This document shows, in pieces, positions 1 through 8,503 of a DNA stretch of 64,000 bases (its first letter is position 1; each line of letters begins with the position of its first letter). The position numbers and the translations under genes are program-made. Source of the DNA: Roseibacillus sp. (GTDB lineage Bacteria; Verrucomicrobiota; Verrucomicrobiia; Verrucomicrobiales; Akkermansiaceae); the NCBI GenBank assembly GCA_965242925.1, contig CBDEUM010000009.1, positions 64,001 through 128,000 of the forward strand. The letters are read 5' to 3'. Under the pieces are notes generated by a model. It saw only the letters and a list, made by a program, of their open reading frames with translations, was not told the origin of the DNA and did not search any database.

Positions 1-1
1 G

Positions 2-1351
2 GTCTTCGACCTCTACAGTTTCCAGGATGCCATCCCGGAGGCCCGGATCGGCGGCTACCACGGCTACGGCGGACGGTTCGGACAGTGGGTCGCCAGCCTT
101 CAGAAACTGGCCGCCTGGAAGCCGGACCTGCTCGTCCCGGCCCGTGGACCACTCATCACCAACCCGTCCGGGGATCTCGCCGCGGCGGTGAAAAGGGTAC
201 AGGCGATCTACAAAAACTACCTCTCCACCAATGCCCTGCACTGGTACTTCGGCAAGGAAAGACTGGAGCTCTGCGGAAAGCACGTCCTGGGACCCGGTGC
301 CCAGATCGAGCTCATGCCCTTCTCGGAACACATCGCCCTGCCCCCGTGGTGCCGTCACATGGGCACGACCAAGCTCCTCGTTTCCAGCGACGGGCACGGT
401 TTCGCCCTCGATGTCGGCGGAGAGCAGCAACTGCAGATGCTGCGCAAGGCCCTCGCAGACGGATTGATCCGGAAGATCGAGGGTATCTGGGTGACTCACC
501 TGCACAATGACCACACCGCCCGGGTCCCTGCCGCGGCCCGGGAGTTCGGCTGCCCGGTCTACGCGGTGGCCGAGGTCGCGGACGGGTTGAAGCAGCCCGG
601 AGCCTGGTTCCTGCCGGGCCTCATTCCCGAGCCGGTGGACGAGGTGGTGGTCAAAAAGGACGGGGAGAACTGGGCCTGGCGTGAGTTCACCTTCACCAGC
701 CATTTCTTCCCCGGGCAGATGTACAACCATGGCGGCCTTCTCGTGGAGCGCGCCGATCACAAACCGGTCTTTTTCATCGGCGATTCCTTCTCCCCCTCGG
801 GGATCGATGACTACTGCCTCATGAACCGGAACCTGATGCGCGAGGACACGGGCTACTTCCTCTGCCTGCGCAAGGTGCGCGGCCTGCCGCCGGGATCGTG
901 GCTCGTCAACCAGCACATTCCCCACCTCTTCCGCTTCAGTGGGAAGGAGCTGGACTACCTCGAAGAGAGCTACCGCAAGCGGGCAGCCATGATCGCGGAC
1001 CTGGTCCCGTGGGACGATCCGAACTACGCTATCGACGAGGAATGGGCCTGGTTTCATCCCTACGCCAGCGAGGCCCGTCCGAGCGAACGCCTTGAGGTCG
1101 AACTGCGCCTCTGGAACCACTCCCCGCGGGAACGGACCTTCAAGATCCGGATGGGGGAGACTGATAGCCTGAAGGTCGTTGGTGAACTTCCGGAGGTGAC
1201 CCTCGCCCCGCGCACCACTGGAACAGTGAAAGTCCCCCTCCTGGTGACCTCCACCGCAGGGCCCGGGGTGCGCGTGATCACCGCGAGCCTGCGCAGCGAG
1301 GGAATCTCGGTCGAGCACTGGATCGAAACCCTGGTCAAGGTTTCCGAGTAG
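2..1351 (+). CDS. MBL-fold metallo-hydrolase, 5'-truncated by the window; probably tandem MBL domains plus a C-terminal Ig-like domain
   Basis: Frame of ORF 188..1351 is open back to base 2 (VFDLYSFQDAIPEARIGG...). HxHxDH motif THLHNDH, FIGDS and NQH in the second domain. KPDLLVPARGP looks like the end of a preceding MBL domain. Confidence 0.8.
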   Translation, partial: VFDLYSFQDAIPEARIGGYHGYGGRFGQWVASLQKLAAWKPDLLVPARGPLITNPSGDLAAAVKRVQAIYKNYLSTNALHWYFGKERLELCGKHVLGPGAQIELMPFSEHIALPPWCRHMGTTKLLVSSDGHGFALDVGGEQQLQMLRKALADGLIRKIEGIWVTHLHNDHTARVPAAAREFGCPVYAVAEVADGLKQPGAWFLPGLIPEPVDEVVVKKDGENWAWREFTFTSHFFPGQMYNHGGLLVERADHKPVFFIGDSFSPSGIDDYCLMNRNLMREDTGYFLCLRKVRGLPPGSWLVNQHIPHLFRFSGKELDYLEESYRKRAAMIADLVPWDDPNYAIDEEWAWFHPYASEARPSERLEVELRLWNHSPRERTFKIRMGETDSLKVVGELPEVTLAPRTTGTVKVPLLVTSTAGPGVRVITASLRSEGISVEHWIETLVKVSE

Positions 1352-1408
1352 GGCTCCCCTTCCCCAGTTGAAGCTTTCCCCCGTGGCACATGCCGCCACA
1401 CTGCTCTC

Positions 1409-2380
1409 ATGGTAAGATTGTGTAGAGCGGTCCTTCTCCTTGGGTTGACCGGGACGTCCCTCGGACTGGCCCAAGGCCCCCGGAAGGCGGCTCCGGTATT
1501 CGAGTTGCAGGACGGCGACCGGGTCGTCTTCCTCGGGAACTCGTTCTTCGAACGAGCCCGCCAGCACGGATACCTCGAAACTTCCCTCACTCTGCGCTGG
1601 CCGGGAAGGAAGGTCACCTTCCGCAACCTCGGATGGGACGGCGACACCGTTTTCGGCCACTCCCGGACCGGCGGCCGACGCCGATCCGTCTTCGGGAACC
1701 CCGAGGAAGGATTCGGGAAGTTGATCGCTCATCTCCGCGAACTGGATCCCTCCGTCATTTTCGTGGCCTATGGCCGGAACGAGTCCTTTGCGGGGAACCC
1801 GGGGGCCGCCGATTTCCAGAAGGGATTGGAACGCCTCCTGAAGGAGGCCGGGGAGGCAAATCGGCGTTTCGTCCTGCTTTCTCCCACCCCGGCAGAACGG
1901 GGATTCGGTGCGGAGTTGCCCTCCAGGGCACCCGGAAAACCCTCCGGTCCCGACTACGTTTCCCGGCGCAACACCGTCTTGAAATTCTACCGGGATGTCA
2001 TTGCCTCCGTGGCGAGGGAGGGAGGACATCGCTTCGTGGATCTGTTTTCCACCCTCCAGAAGAGCGAGGTTCCCTATTCCAGCAACGGAATCCACCCCAG
2101 CGAGGAGGGCTACCGGAGAATTGCCCGGATCATGGCCACGACCCTGCATCTGCCCGAACCTGTGGTCGCCCTCGACTCAAAGGAGGCCGAATCCCTGCGC
2201 CACACCGTTGTCAAAAAGAACACCCTCTATTTCCATCGCTGGCGCCCGCGTAACGACGCGTTCGTCTACGGCGAGCGCAAGAACGAGCAGGCCATCGCCC
2301 AGACCGAACCGGCAAAATTCGAACCCTTCATGACGGTGCAGGAAGACCTGATTCGCGAACAACTGGAGGCCCTCAAGTGA
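1409..2380 (+). CDS. SGNH/GDSL hydrolase-family protein, secreted
   Basis: Signal peptide; RVVFLGNSF (block I), RNLGWDGDT (II), VAYGRNES (III), SNGIHP (V). Stop overlaps the next start by 4 bp. Confidence 0.85.
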   Translation: MVRLCRAVLLLGLTGTSLGLAQGPRKAAPVFELQDGDRVVFLGNSFFERARQHGYLETSLTLRWPGRKVTFRNLGWDGDTVFGHSRTGGRRRSVFGNPEEGFGKLIAHLRELDPSVIFVAYGRNESFAGNPGAADFQKGLERLLKEAGEANRRFVLLSPTPAERGFGAELPSRAPGKPSGPDYVSRRNTVLKFYRDVIASVAREGGHRFVDLFSTLQKSEVPYSSNGIHPSEEGYRRIARIMATTLHLPEPVVALDSKEAESLRHTVVKKNTLYFHRWRPRNDAFVYGERKNEQAIAQTEPAKFEPFMTVQEDLIREQLEALK

Positions 2381-5325
2381 AGCTGCTGCTCTTCTTCATC
2401 CCCCTGGCTCTCGGCTGCCTGTGTCTTCCAGCTACCGCCCAGCGGAACCTGCGGGACATTCCCCCACCCGACCCGCAGGTCGAGAAGGCCTCCTTCAAGG
2501 TGGCCGATGGGTTTGAAGTGAACCTGTGGGCTGCTGACCCCCTGCTGGCGAAGCCCTCCCAGATCTCCTTCGACCGCCAGGGACGGCTCTGGGTCGCCAG
2601 CAGTGAGACCTATCCGCAGTTGAACGTGAACCAGGATCCCAGCGACCGGATCCTGATCCTGGAGGACACGGACGGAGACGGTGCGGCAGACAAGTCCTCC
2701 ATCTATTACGATCAGCTCATCATCCCGGGAGGGGTCCTGCCCGATGGAAGCGGGGGTGCCTATGTCGCCCACGGGGAAGAACTCCTTCATCTCCGCGATC
2801 GAGACGGGGACGGCAGGGCCGATCACCGGGAAGTGCTCCTTTCCGGGTTTGGGTCCGAGGACACCCACCACACCCTCCACCGCCTGCGCTGGGGACCCGG
2901 TGGTCTCCTCTACATGCTCCAGGGCTATTACATCGGCACCCACGTGGAGACCCTCTACGGTCCCCGCCGTCTCAACGGCGGAGGGCTCTGGTCCTACGAC
3001 ACCCGAAACCGCCGCCTCGAAATCTACAGCCGCGGGCTGGTCAATCCCTGGGGGATGGTATTCGACCGCTGGGGACAATCCTTCCAGACCGACGGCGCCG
3101 GAGGCCAGGGAATCAACTACACTTTTCCGGATTCCGTCTTCCTCGCCTCTCCACACGAGCACCGAACCCTGACCGGTTTGAATCCCGGGCGCCCCAAGTC
3201 CTGCGGACTGGAGGTTATCAGCGGGAATCACTTTCCCTCCGGTTGGAACGAAAGCCTGCTCACCAACGATTTCCGCGCCAACAACATCGACCGCTACGTG
3301 GTCACCCCCGACCAGGGCGGCTACAAATCCACCCTGCAGCCCGATCTCCTCGGCTCCTCACACCTCTCATTCCGTCCCATCGACATCGTCATGGGGCCCG
3401 ATGGCGCGGTCTACGTCGCCGACTGGTACAGTCCCATCATCCAGCACGGGGAAGTGGATTTTCGTGATAAGAGGAGGGACCGGGTGCATGGCCGGATCTG
3501 GCGCATCACCGCTAGCGGACGCCCGCTCGTCAAGAAAGTGAATTACCAGGAGGCCTCCATCCCCGGGCTCCTTGATCTCCTCAAGCACGAGGCCGACTGG
3601 GTGAGGCTGAATGCCCGACAGGAACTCAAGGAGCGGAACGAAACCAGGGTGAGTTCCGCCCTCGACGAATGGGTCCGCTCTCTCGACCGGTCGGATCCGG
3701 CCTTTGAACACCACCGCCTGGAAGCTCTCTGGGCCCACCAGACCATCACGACCAGGCGCTCCCGCCACCTCCTCAAGGATATCATGAAGTCCCCGGACCA
3801 CCGCGCCCGGGCCGCCGCCATCCGCGTGCTCTACCACTGGCGGGGAGAGGCTGAGTTGCTGGTCGAGGCCGTGACAGACCCTCATCCCCAGGTCCGCCGG
3901 GAAGCCGTGACGACGCTGGGACAGTTTGCCTCCCCGGAAGCTCTCGTGGTTGCCCTCGGGGCCCTGAATCACCCCATGGACAAGTATCTCGATTTCGCCC
4001 TCTGGCGAACCTGCCGCCTCCTGGAGCCCTCCTGGCTGCCCGCCTTCCAGCAGGGAAGGCTGAAACCCGGACCCAATGCCGATCACCTGGGATTTGCTCT
4101 CAAGGCGATCGAGAAACCAGAAGCCCTGGCGCCCCTGGTCGAGTTAATCGCCAAGGGTCAGGCGGATGCATCCACCGTTCGTCTTGTAGGCAAGATCGGG
4201 CGCCCCCGTGAGCTTGATGTAGTTCTAAAACTTGCTCACCGGGACACCCATGCCTTGACCGGGGACGCCGCCCTGGCCCTGGCGGAGGCCGTCGAGGACC
4301 GAGGGATTTCCCCGGCCAACGAGAGCCTGCGCTTTCCGACCTGCAAACGATTGCTCAGTGAGGACGACAACAAGATCGTCGCTGCGGCCTGCCGCCTCGC
4401 CGCAGCCTGGAATCTCAAAGATCTAGGCAAAGAGATCCGGGCACGCCTCATCACCGCCTCCCCCGCCCTGGCCCCCGCCGCGGCAAAGGCCGTGGCCCGG
4501 CTGGGGAACCGCGAGGAGATCCATTCCCTCGCCTCCCAGGGAGAGGTCCGCCACATCCGGGTGGCAACCACCGCGGCCCTCTTTGAGATCGACCCGGCCG
4601 TGGCCTCCGTCCTCGCAGTGAAACTCTTCCATGAGAACCTGTCACAGCCTGACATCGAGACGCTCATGGGCGAGGTCCTCCTCCGGCCCGGGGGAAGCAG
4701 ACATCTTGCTGGGGCCCTTGCCGGAAAGAAGATCCCCCGGGACACCGCGCTCCATGCCACGAGGTTGCTTGAAGTCTCCGGCAAGGGGCATCCCGAACTC
4801 ACCGCCGGGCTGGCAAAGGCTGGCGAACTGAAACCACTCTCCCCGGCCCTCGGTCCACAGGCCCGCAACGCCCTTCTCTCCAAGGTCGCCGGTGGCAATG
4901 CGGTCCGCGGCCGGGCTGTCTACGAGCGTGCCGCCCTCGCATGCACGGTTTGTCATCGCGTCGCCGGAGAAGGAGGAATCATCGGTCCTGATCTTTCCAG
5001 TATCGGGGCCAGTGCTCCACCTGACTACCTCCTCGAGTCCCTCCTCAGCCCCAGTGAAAAAATCAAGGAAGGCTACCGAATGTCCATGATTACCCTCAAG
5101 AACCAGAACGTGGTCTCTGGAGCCATCAGCCGGGAAACCCGGAACGCCCTTGTCATGCGCAGTGCATTCGGCAAGGAAACCCGTATCCCAAAAAGGGACA
5201 TCGCCTCCCGCCAGACCAGCCCCGTGTCCATGATGCCTGGCGGACTGGTAGCCGGGTTGCGGGAGGATGAACTCGTGGACCTTCTGGCCTATCTCTCCTC
5301 CCTCGGCAGGACGGCGAAAAACTAG
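2377..5325 (+). CDS. PVC-type membrane-bound dehydrogenase-domain protein with HEAT repeats and C-terminal c-type heme (CxxCH)
   Basis: GTG start with own signal peptide; GFEVNLWAADP...DRILILEDTDGDG propeller; FRPIDIVMGPDGAVYVADWY...HGRIWRI; HEAT-like repeats; CTVCH...GPDLS...SMMPGGL. Confidence 0.9.
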   Translation: MKLLLFFIPLALGCLCLPATAQRNLRDIPPPDPQVEKASFKVADGFEVNLWAADPLLAKPSQISFDRQGRLWVASSETYPQLNVNQDPSDRILILEDTDGDGAADKSSIYYDQLIIPGGVLPDGSGGAYVAHGEELLHLRDRDGDGRADHREVLLSGFGSEDTHHTLHRLRWGPGGLLYMLQGYYIGTHVETLYGPRRLNGGGLWSYDTRNRRLEIYSRGLVNPWGMVFDRWGQSFQTDGAGGQGINYTFPDSVFLASPHEHRTLTGLNPGRPKSCGLEVISGNHFPSGWNESLLTNDFRANNIDRYVVTPDQGGYKSTLQPDLLGSSHLSFRPIDIVMGPDGAVYVADWYSPIIQHGEVDFRDKRRDRVHGRIWRITASGRPLVKKVNYQEASIPGLLDLLKHEADWVRLNARQELKERNETRVSSALDEWVRSLDRSDPAFEHHRLEALWAHQTITTRRSRHLLKDIMKSPDHRARAAAIRVLYHWRGEAELLVEAVTDPHPQVRREAVTTLGQFASPEALVVALGALNHPMDKYLDFALWRTCRLLEPSWLPAFQQGRLKPGPNADHLGFALKAIEKPEALAPLVELIAKGQADASTVRLVGKIGRPRELDVVLKLAHRDTHALTGDAALALAEAVEDRGISPANESLRFPTCKRLLSEDDNKIVAAACRLAAAWNLKDLGKEIRARLITASPALAPAAAKAVARLGNREEIHSLASQGEVRHIRVATTAALFEIDPAVASVLAVKLFHENLSQPDIETLMGEVLLRPGGSRHLAGALAGKKIPRDTALHATRLLEVSGKGHPELTAGLAKAGELKPLSPALGPQARNALLSKVAGGNAVRGRAVYERAALACTVCHRVAGEGGIIGPDLSSIGASAPPDYLLESLLSPSEKIKEGYRMSMITLKNQNVVSGAISRETRNALVMRSAFGKETRIPKRDIASRQTSPVSMMPGGLVAGLREDELVDLLAYLSSLGRTAKN

Positions 5326-5378
5326 GCCCCGTTTCCAGATTCCGGGGTGCCCCCCGGCAGGAAGGTTCCGCCCGGCCA

Positions 5379-6809
5379 CTAGGCGCGCAGCAGTTCCCTC
5401 ACGGGCTTGCCAGAGGAAAGGATAGGATGCGGTTGTCCGCTGTGATCCTCGAACAGCATGCCGGGATCGATACCCAGATGGTGAAGCATTGTTGCCCAGA
5501 TATCGTTGGGGGAGAGAATTCGGTCCACCGGGTGCTCCCCCTTCTTGTTGGTGGCGCCAATGACCTGACCCGTGCGCATTCCTCCACCAGTCACCAGCAT
5601 CGACATGGCCTGGGGCCAGTGGTCTCGTCCAGGCTGGCTGACCTTGGTGTGCGTTCCGGTCTGCGTTTTCACCCGCGGGGTGCGTCCGAATTCGCCGGTG
5701 ACCACCAGGAGAACGCGCTTGTCCAGCCCCCGGGCATGGAGATCCTCAATCATGGCAGTGATGACCTTGTCGTATATCGGAAGCCGCCACTCGGCTTCGC
5801 GAAAGAGGTGACAATTCACCGCATGCGAATCCCAGTTATAGGTGCCATATTTTGGCATCTTGATCCCGGAGACGTACGGATTTTCCATCACCACGGTCAC
5901 AAAGCGCGCCCCCGCCTCCACCAGCCGGCGGGCCAGAATGGCCCGCTGTCCCCACGCATGACGGCCAAAGCGCTCCCGCACCGCATCACGCTCCTGCCCC
6001 AGGTCGAACGCCTGCCGGAAGCGCTCGGAGAAGATCATCTCCACCGCCTGGCGATAATGCTCATCGAGCGCGTGAAGCGACCCGTCGGCATCAATGTCAC
6101 GACGCAACCTGTCCACTCCCTTGAGAAGAGTCAGGCGGTCCTCCAGTCGCTCCGCCATCCCATTGGGGATGGCGAGACTATCGATTTTAAAATCATCCGC
6201 GTTGGGGTCGCCGCTCACAATGAAGGGCGTGTTCTGGCCGCCCATCCACGCCGCTCCGAGCGAAAAGGTGTCGATATTATGCCGCCCCCGCTTGATGAGT
6301 GCCACGTTGGTGGGCAGTCCGTTTGTCGCCCTGCCTTCCTTCCGCTTCTGCAACGCAGCTTCGATGAAGGATGTGATGGCCGGCGCGTCGTTTACAAATC
6401 CGGTCGGCTCTCTGGGTGCACGCGCTGTCATGAAGCGCTTGTGACCGCCCCCATGGTCGCTGAAGGTGTGGCAAACCGAACGAATGATGTTGTACTTGTC
6501 CGCACACCTTGCATGCAGCGGCATGAGTTCACACACCTGCAGGTCCGGGTTGTTGGTTCGGATGGGCCGAAACTCCCCCCGGTAGTCGGAGGGCGCATCG
6601 GGTTTCATATCATACATCTCCATGTGGGGCGGACCTCCGGGGAGCCACACGAAGATGACCGCAGGGTCGTCCTCGGAGAGGAGGCGATTGCTCCCGGCCG
6701 CACGTGCCAGAGCCCCTAACCCGAGTCCGCAGAGTGAAGCCCCTCCCAGTTCCAGGAAAGACCGACGGGAAGGCCCGGAGCAGGACAGGCGCTTCTCGAC
6801 TTGCGGCAT
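5379..6809 (-). CDS. DUF1501 domain-containing protein
   Basis: Tat-like SRRSFL; WLPGGPPHMEMYDMKP; ARRLVEAGARFV; WDSH; GEFGRTP; GRDHWP. Confidence 0.92.
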   Translation of the reverse strand: MPQVEKRLSCSGPSRRSFLELGGASLCGLGLGALARAAGSNRLLSEDDPAVIFVWLPGGPPHMEMYDMKPDAPSDYRGEFRPIRTNNPDLQVCELMPLHARCADKYNIIRSVCHTFSDHGGGHKRFMTARAPREPTGFVNDAPAITSFIEAALQKRKEGRATNGLPTNVALIKRGRHNIDTFSLGAAWMGGQNTPFIVSGDPNADDFKIDSLAIPNGMAERLEDRLTLLKGVDRLRRDIDADGSLHALDEHYRQAVEMIFSERFRQAFDLGQERDAVRERFGRHAWGQRAILARRLVEAGARFVTVVMENPYVSGIKMPKYGTYNWDSHAVNCHLFREAEWRLPIYDKVITAMIEDLHARGLDKRVLLVVTGEFGRTPRVKTQTGTHTKVSQPGRDHWPQAMSMLVTGGGMRTGQVIGATNKKGEHPVDRILSPNDIWATMLHHLGIDPGMLFEDHSGQPHPILSSGKPVRELLRA

Positions 6810-7003
6810 GGTGGGTCATTCTAGCCGAACCCGGACTCACTGCACACACAAAGATCGGATCTCCCCGGAAAACCCCCACCACCTCCTTCATGAGACGATA
6901 AAGAAGCCCGGCCCCTCCCCCTTGCCGACAGATCGTCATTTCGCCTGAGGTAGGGATTTTTCTCGCTAGGAAGCCCCTCCGGACTACGGTCCCTATTTAC
7001 TCC

Positions 7004-8335
7004 ATGAAGAAGAACTCTCTCGATCGCCGCCGCTTTCTCACCACCGGCGCAGCGGCATCCGGAATCTGGACGGCAGCACCGCGGATCCTGCGGGCCCAGG
7101 GCAAGGTCTCTGCCAACGACAAGCTGAATATCGGAGTGATTGGTTCTTCCGGTCAGGGCGGTTACAGCATCGGGCAGCTCAAGGGCATCGCCAACATCGC
7201 AGCCCTCTGCGACGTCGACCAGAACCGCCTCGCCCCGGTCGCGAGGCAGTTCCCCTCCGCCCGGACCTACAAGGATTTTCGCAAGCTGGTAGAGCAGCAG
7301 GACCTCGACGCGGTGGTGGTGGCCACTCCCGATCACACCCATGCCGTCGCCAGTGTCGCCGCCATGCACGCCGACAAACACGTGTACTGCGAGAAACCCC
7401 TCTGCCGCACCATCTCGGAAGTCCGGCACGTCACCGAACTCGCCCGGGAAACGAATCGCGTCACGCAAATGGGCACCCAGATCCACGCCGGCTCAAACTA
7501 TCGCCGCGTTGTGGAACTCGTTCGTTCGGGTGCGATCGGCGAAATCAGTGAAGTGCACGTCTGGGTCGGCTCCAGCACCGGCGGACGAAAACGTTACACC
7601 CGGTTCCCAGCAACCGTCCCAAAAAATCTCGACTGGAACCTCTGGCTCGGCCCCATTCCGGAGCAGCCCTACCACCCCGACTGGACGCACTTCCACTGGC
7701 GGCACTGGTGGCACTTTGGCGGCGGCACCCTCGCCGATATCGGGTGTCACTACATGGATCTTCCTTTCTGGGCGCTCGATCTGAGTCATGCCATCTCCGC
7801 AGAGGCAGAGGGCCCGCCCGTCGACAGGGACTCCGCCCCCATCTCGCTGAAGGTCCACTACCAGTTTCCCGATCGGGTTGTGTCCGGCCGGCATTGGAAG
7901 GCCCTTCCTCTCACTTGGTACCACGGTCGCTATCCCGATCACCTCCTGACCCCGGAACAGCACAAGCGTTGGGGGTCTGGCATTCTCTTTGTCGGCACAA
8001 AAGGCCAACTCATCTCCAACTACGGAAGCCATGTGCTCCTGCCTGAGAAGGACTTCAAGGATTTCGCCCCGCCCCGTCCCTTCGTCCAGAACTCCCGGGG
8101 ACATCACCAGGAGTGGGTCAACGCGATCAAGGCCGGAGGATCAACCACCTGTCGCTTCGACTACTCGGGACCGCTAAGCGAGACCGTCCTCCTCGGCAAT
8201 GTCGCCTTCCGCGCCGGTCAGAAGCTCGAGTGGGATTACCGCCACATGAAAGCAACGAACTGCCCGGAGGCCGACCAGTTCATTCAGCACCACTACCGGG
8301 GGGAATGGGATGCGTGGTTCCGCGGCAAAGGGTAG
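7004..8335 (+). CDS. Gfo/Idh/MocA family oxidoreductase, Tat-exported
   Basis: DRRRFL twin-arginine signal; VATPDHTHA; HVYCEKP; QMGTQ; WNLWLGP; GGGTLADIGCH. Confidence 0.92.
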   Translation: MKKNSLDRRRFLTTGAAASGIWTAAPRILRAQGKVSANDKLNIGVIGSSGQGGYSIGQLKGIANIAALCDVDQNRLAPVARQFPSARTYKDFRKLVEQQDLDAVVVATPDHTHAVASVAAMHADKHVYCEKPLCRTISEVRHVTELARETNRVTQMGTQIHAGSNYRRVVELVRSGAIGEISEVHVWVGSSTGGRKRYTRFPATVPKNLDWNLWLGPIPEQPYHPDWTHFHWRHWWHFGGGTLADIGCHYMDLPFWALDLSHAISAEAEGPPVDRDSAPISLKVHYQFPDRVVSGRHWKALPLTWYHGRYPDHLLTPEQHKRWGSGILFVGTKGQLISNYGSHVLLPEKDFKDFAPPRPFVQNSRGHHQEWVNAIKAGGSTTCRFDYSGPLSETVLLGNVAFRAGQKLEWDYRHMKATNCPEADQFIQHHYRGEWDAWFRGKG

Positions 8336-8503
8336 AAACCGCTGGACCACAATGAATGGCTCCTCCCGGGCCGAAACAGGCCCGGGGTGCCACGTACGAT
8401 TCCTTAAGTGCAGTGAACGAACCTGCAGGCTCATCCCCTTGTGTCTCTTCCCCGGGTCCTTCTTCGATTGACTCGGCGGGCATCCACGCATGGAGTTCCC
8501 GGG

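Noticed and set aside
2370..2385. Possible frameshift splitting one SGNH-dehydrogenase fusion gene
   Set aside because: The downstream ORF begins with its own hydrophobic signal peptide at a standard GTGA overlap, so it looks like a true two-gene arrangement.
5427..6719. Long antisense ORFs (also 9227..10921, 16442..18010, 18089..19699, 26380..27774, 45643..47283, 49728..50993, 58921..60342)
   Set aside because: They lie opposite well-supported genes and show no family motifs; such shadow ORFs are expected in GC-rich DNA.
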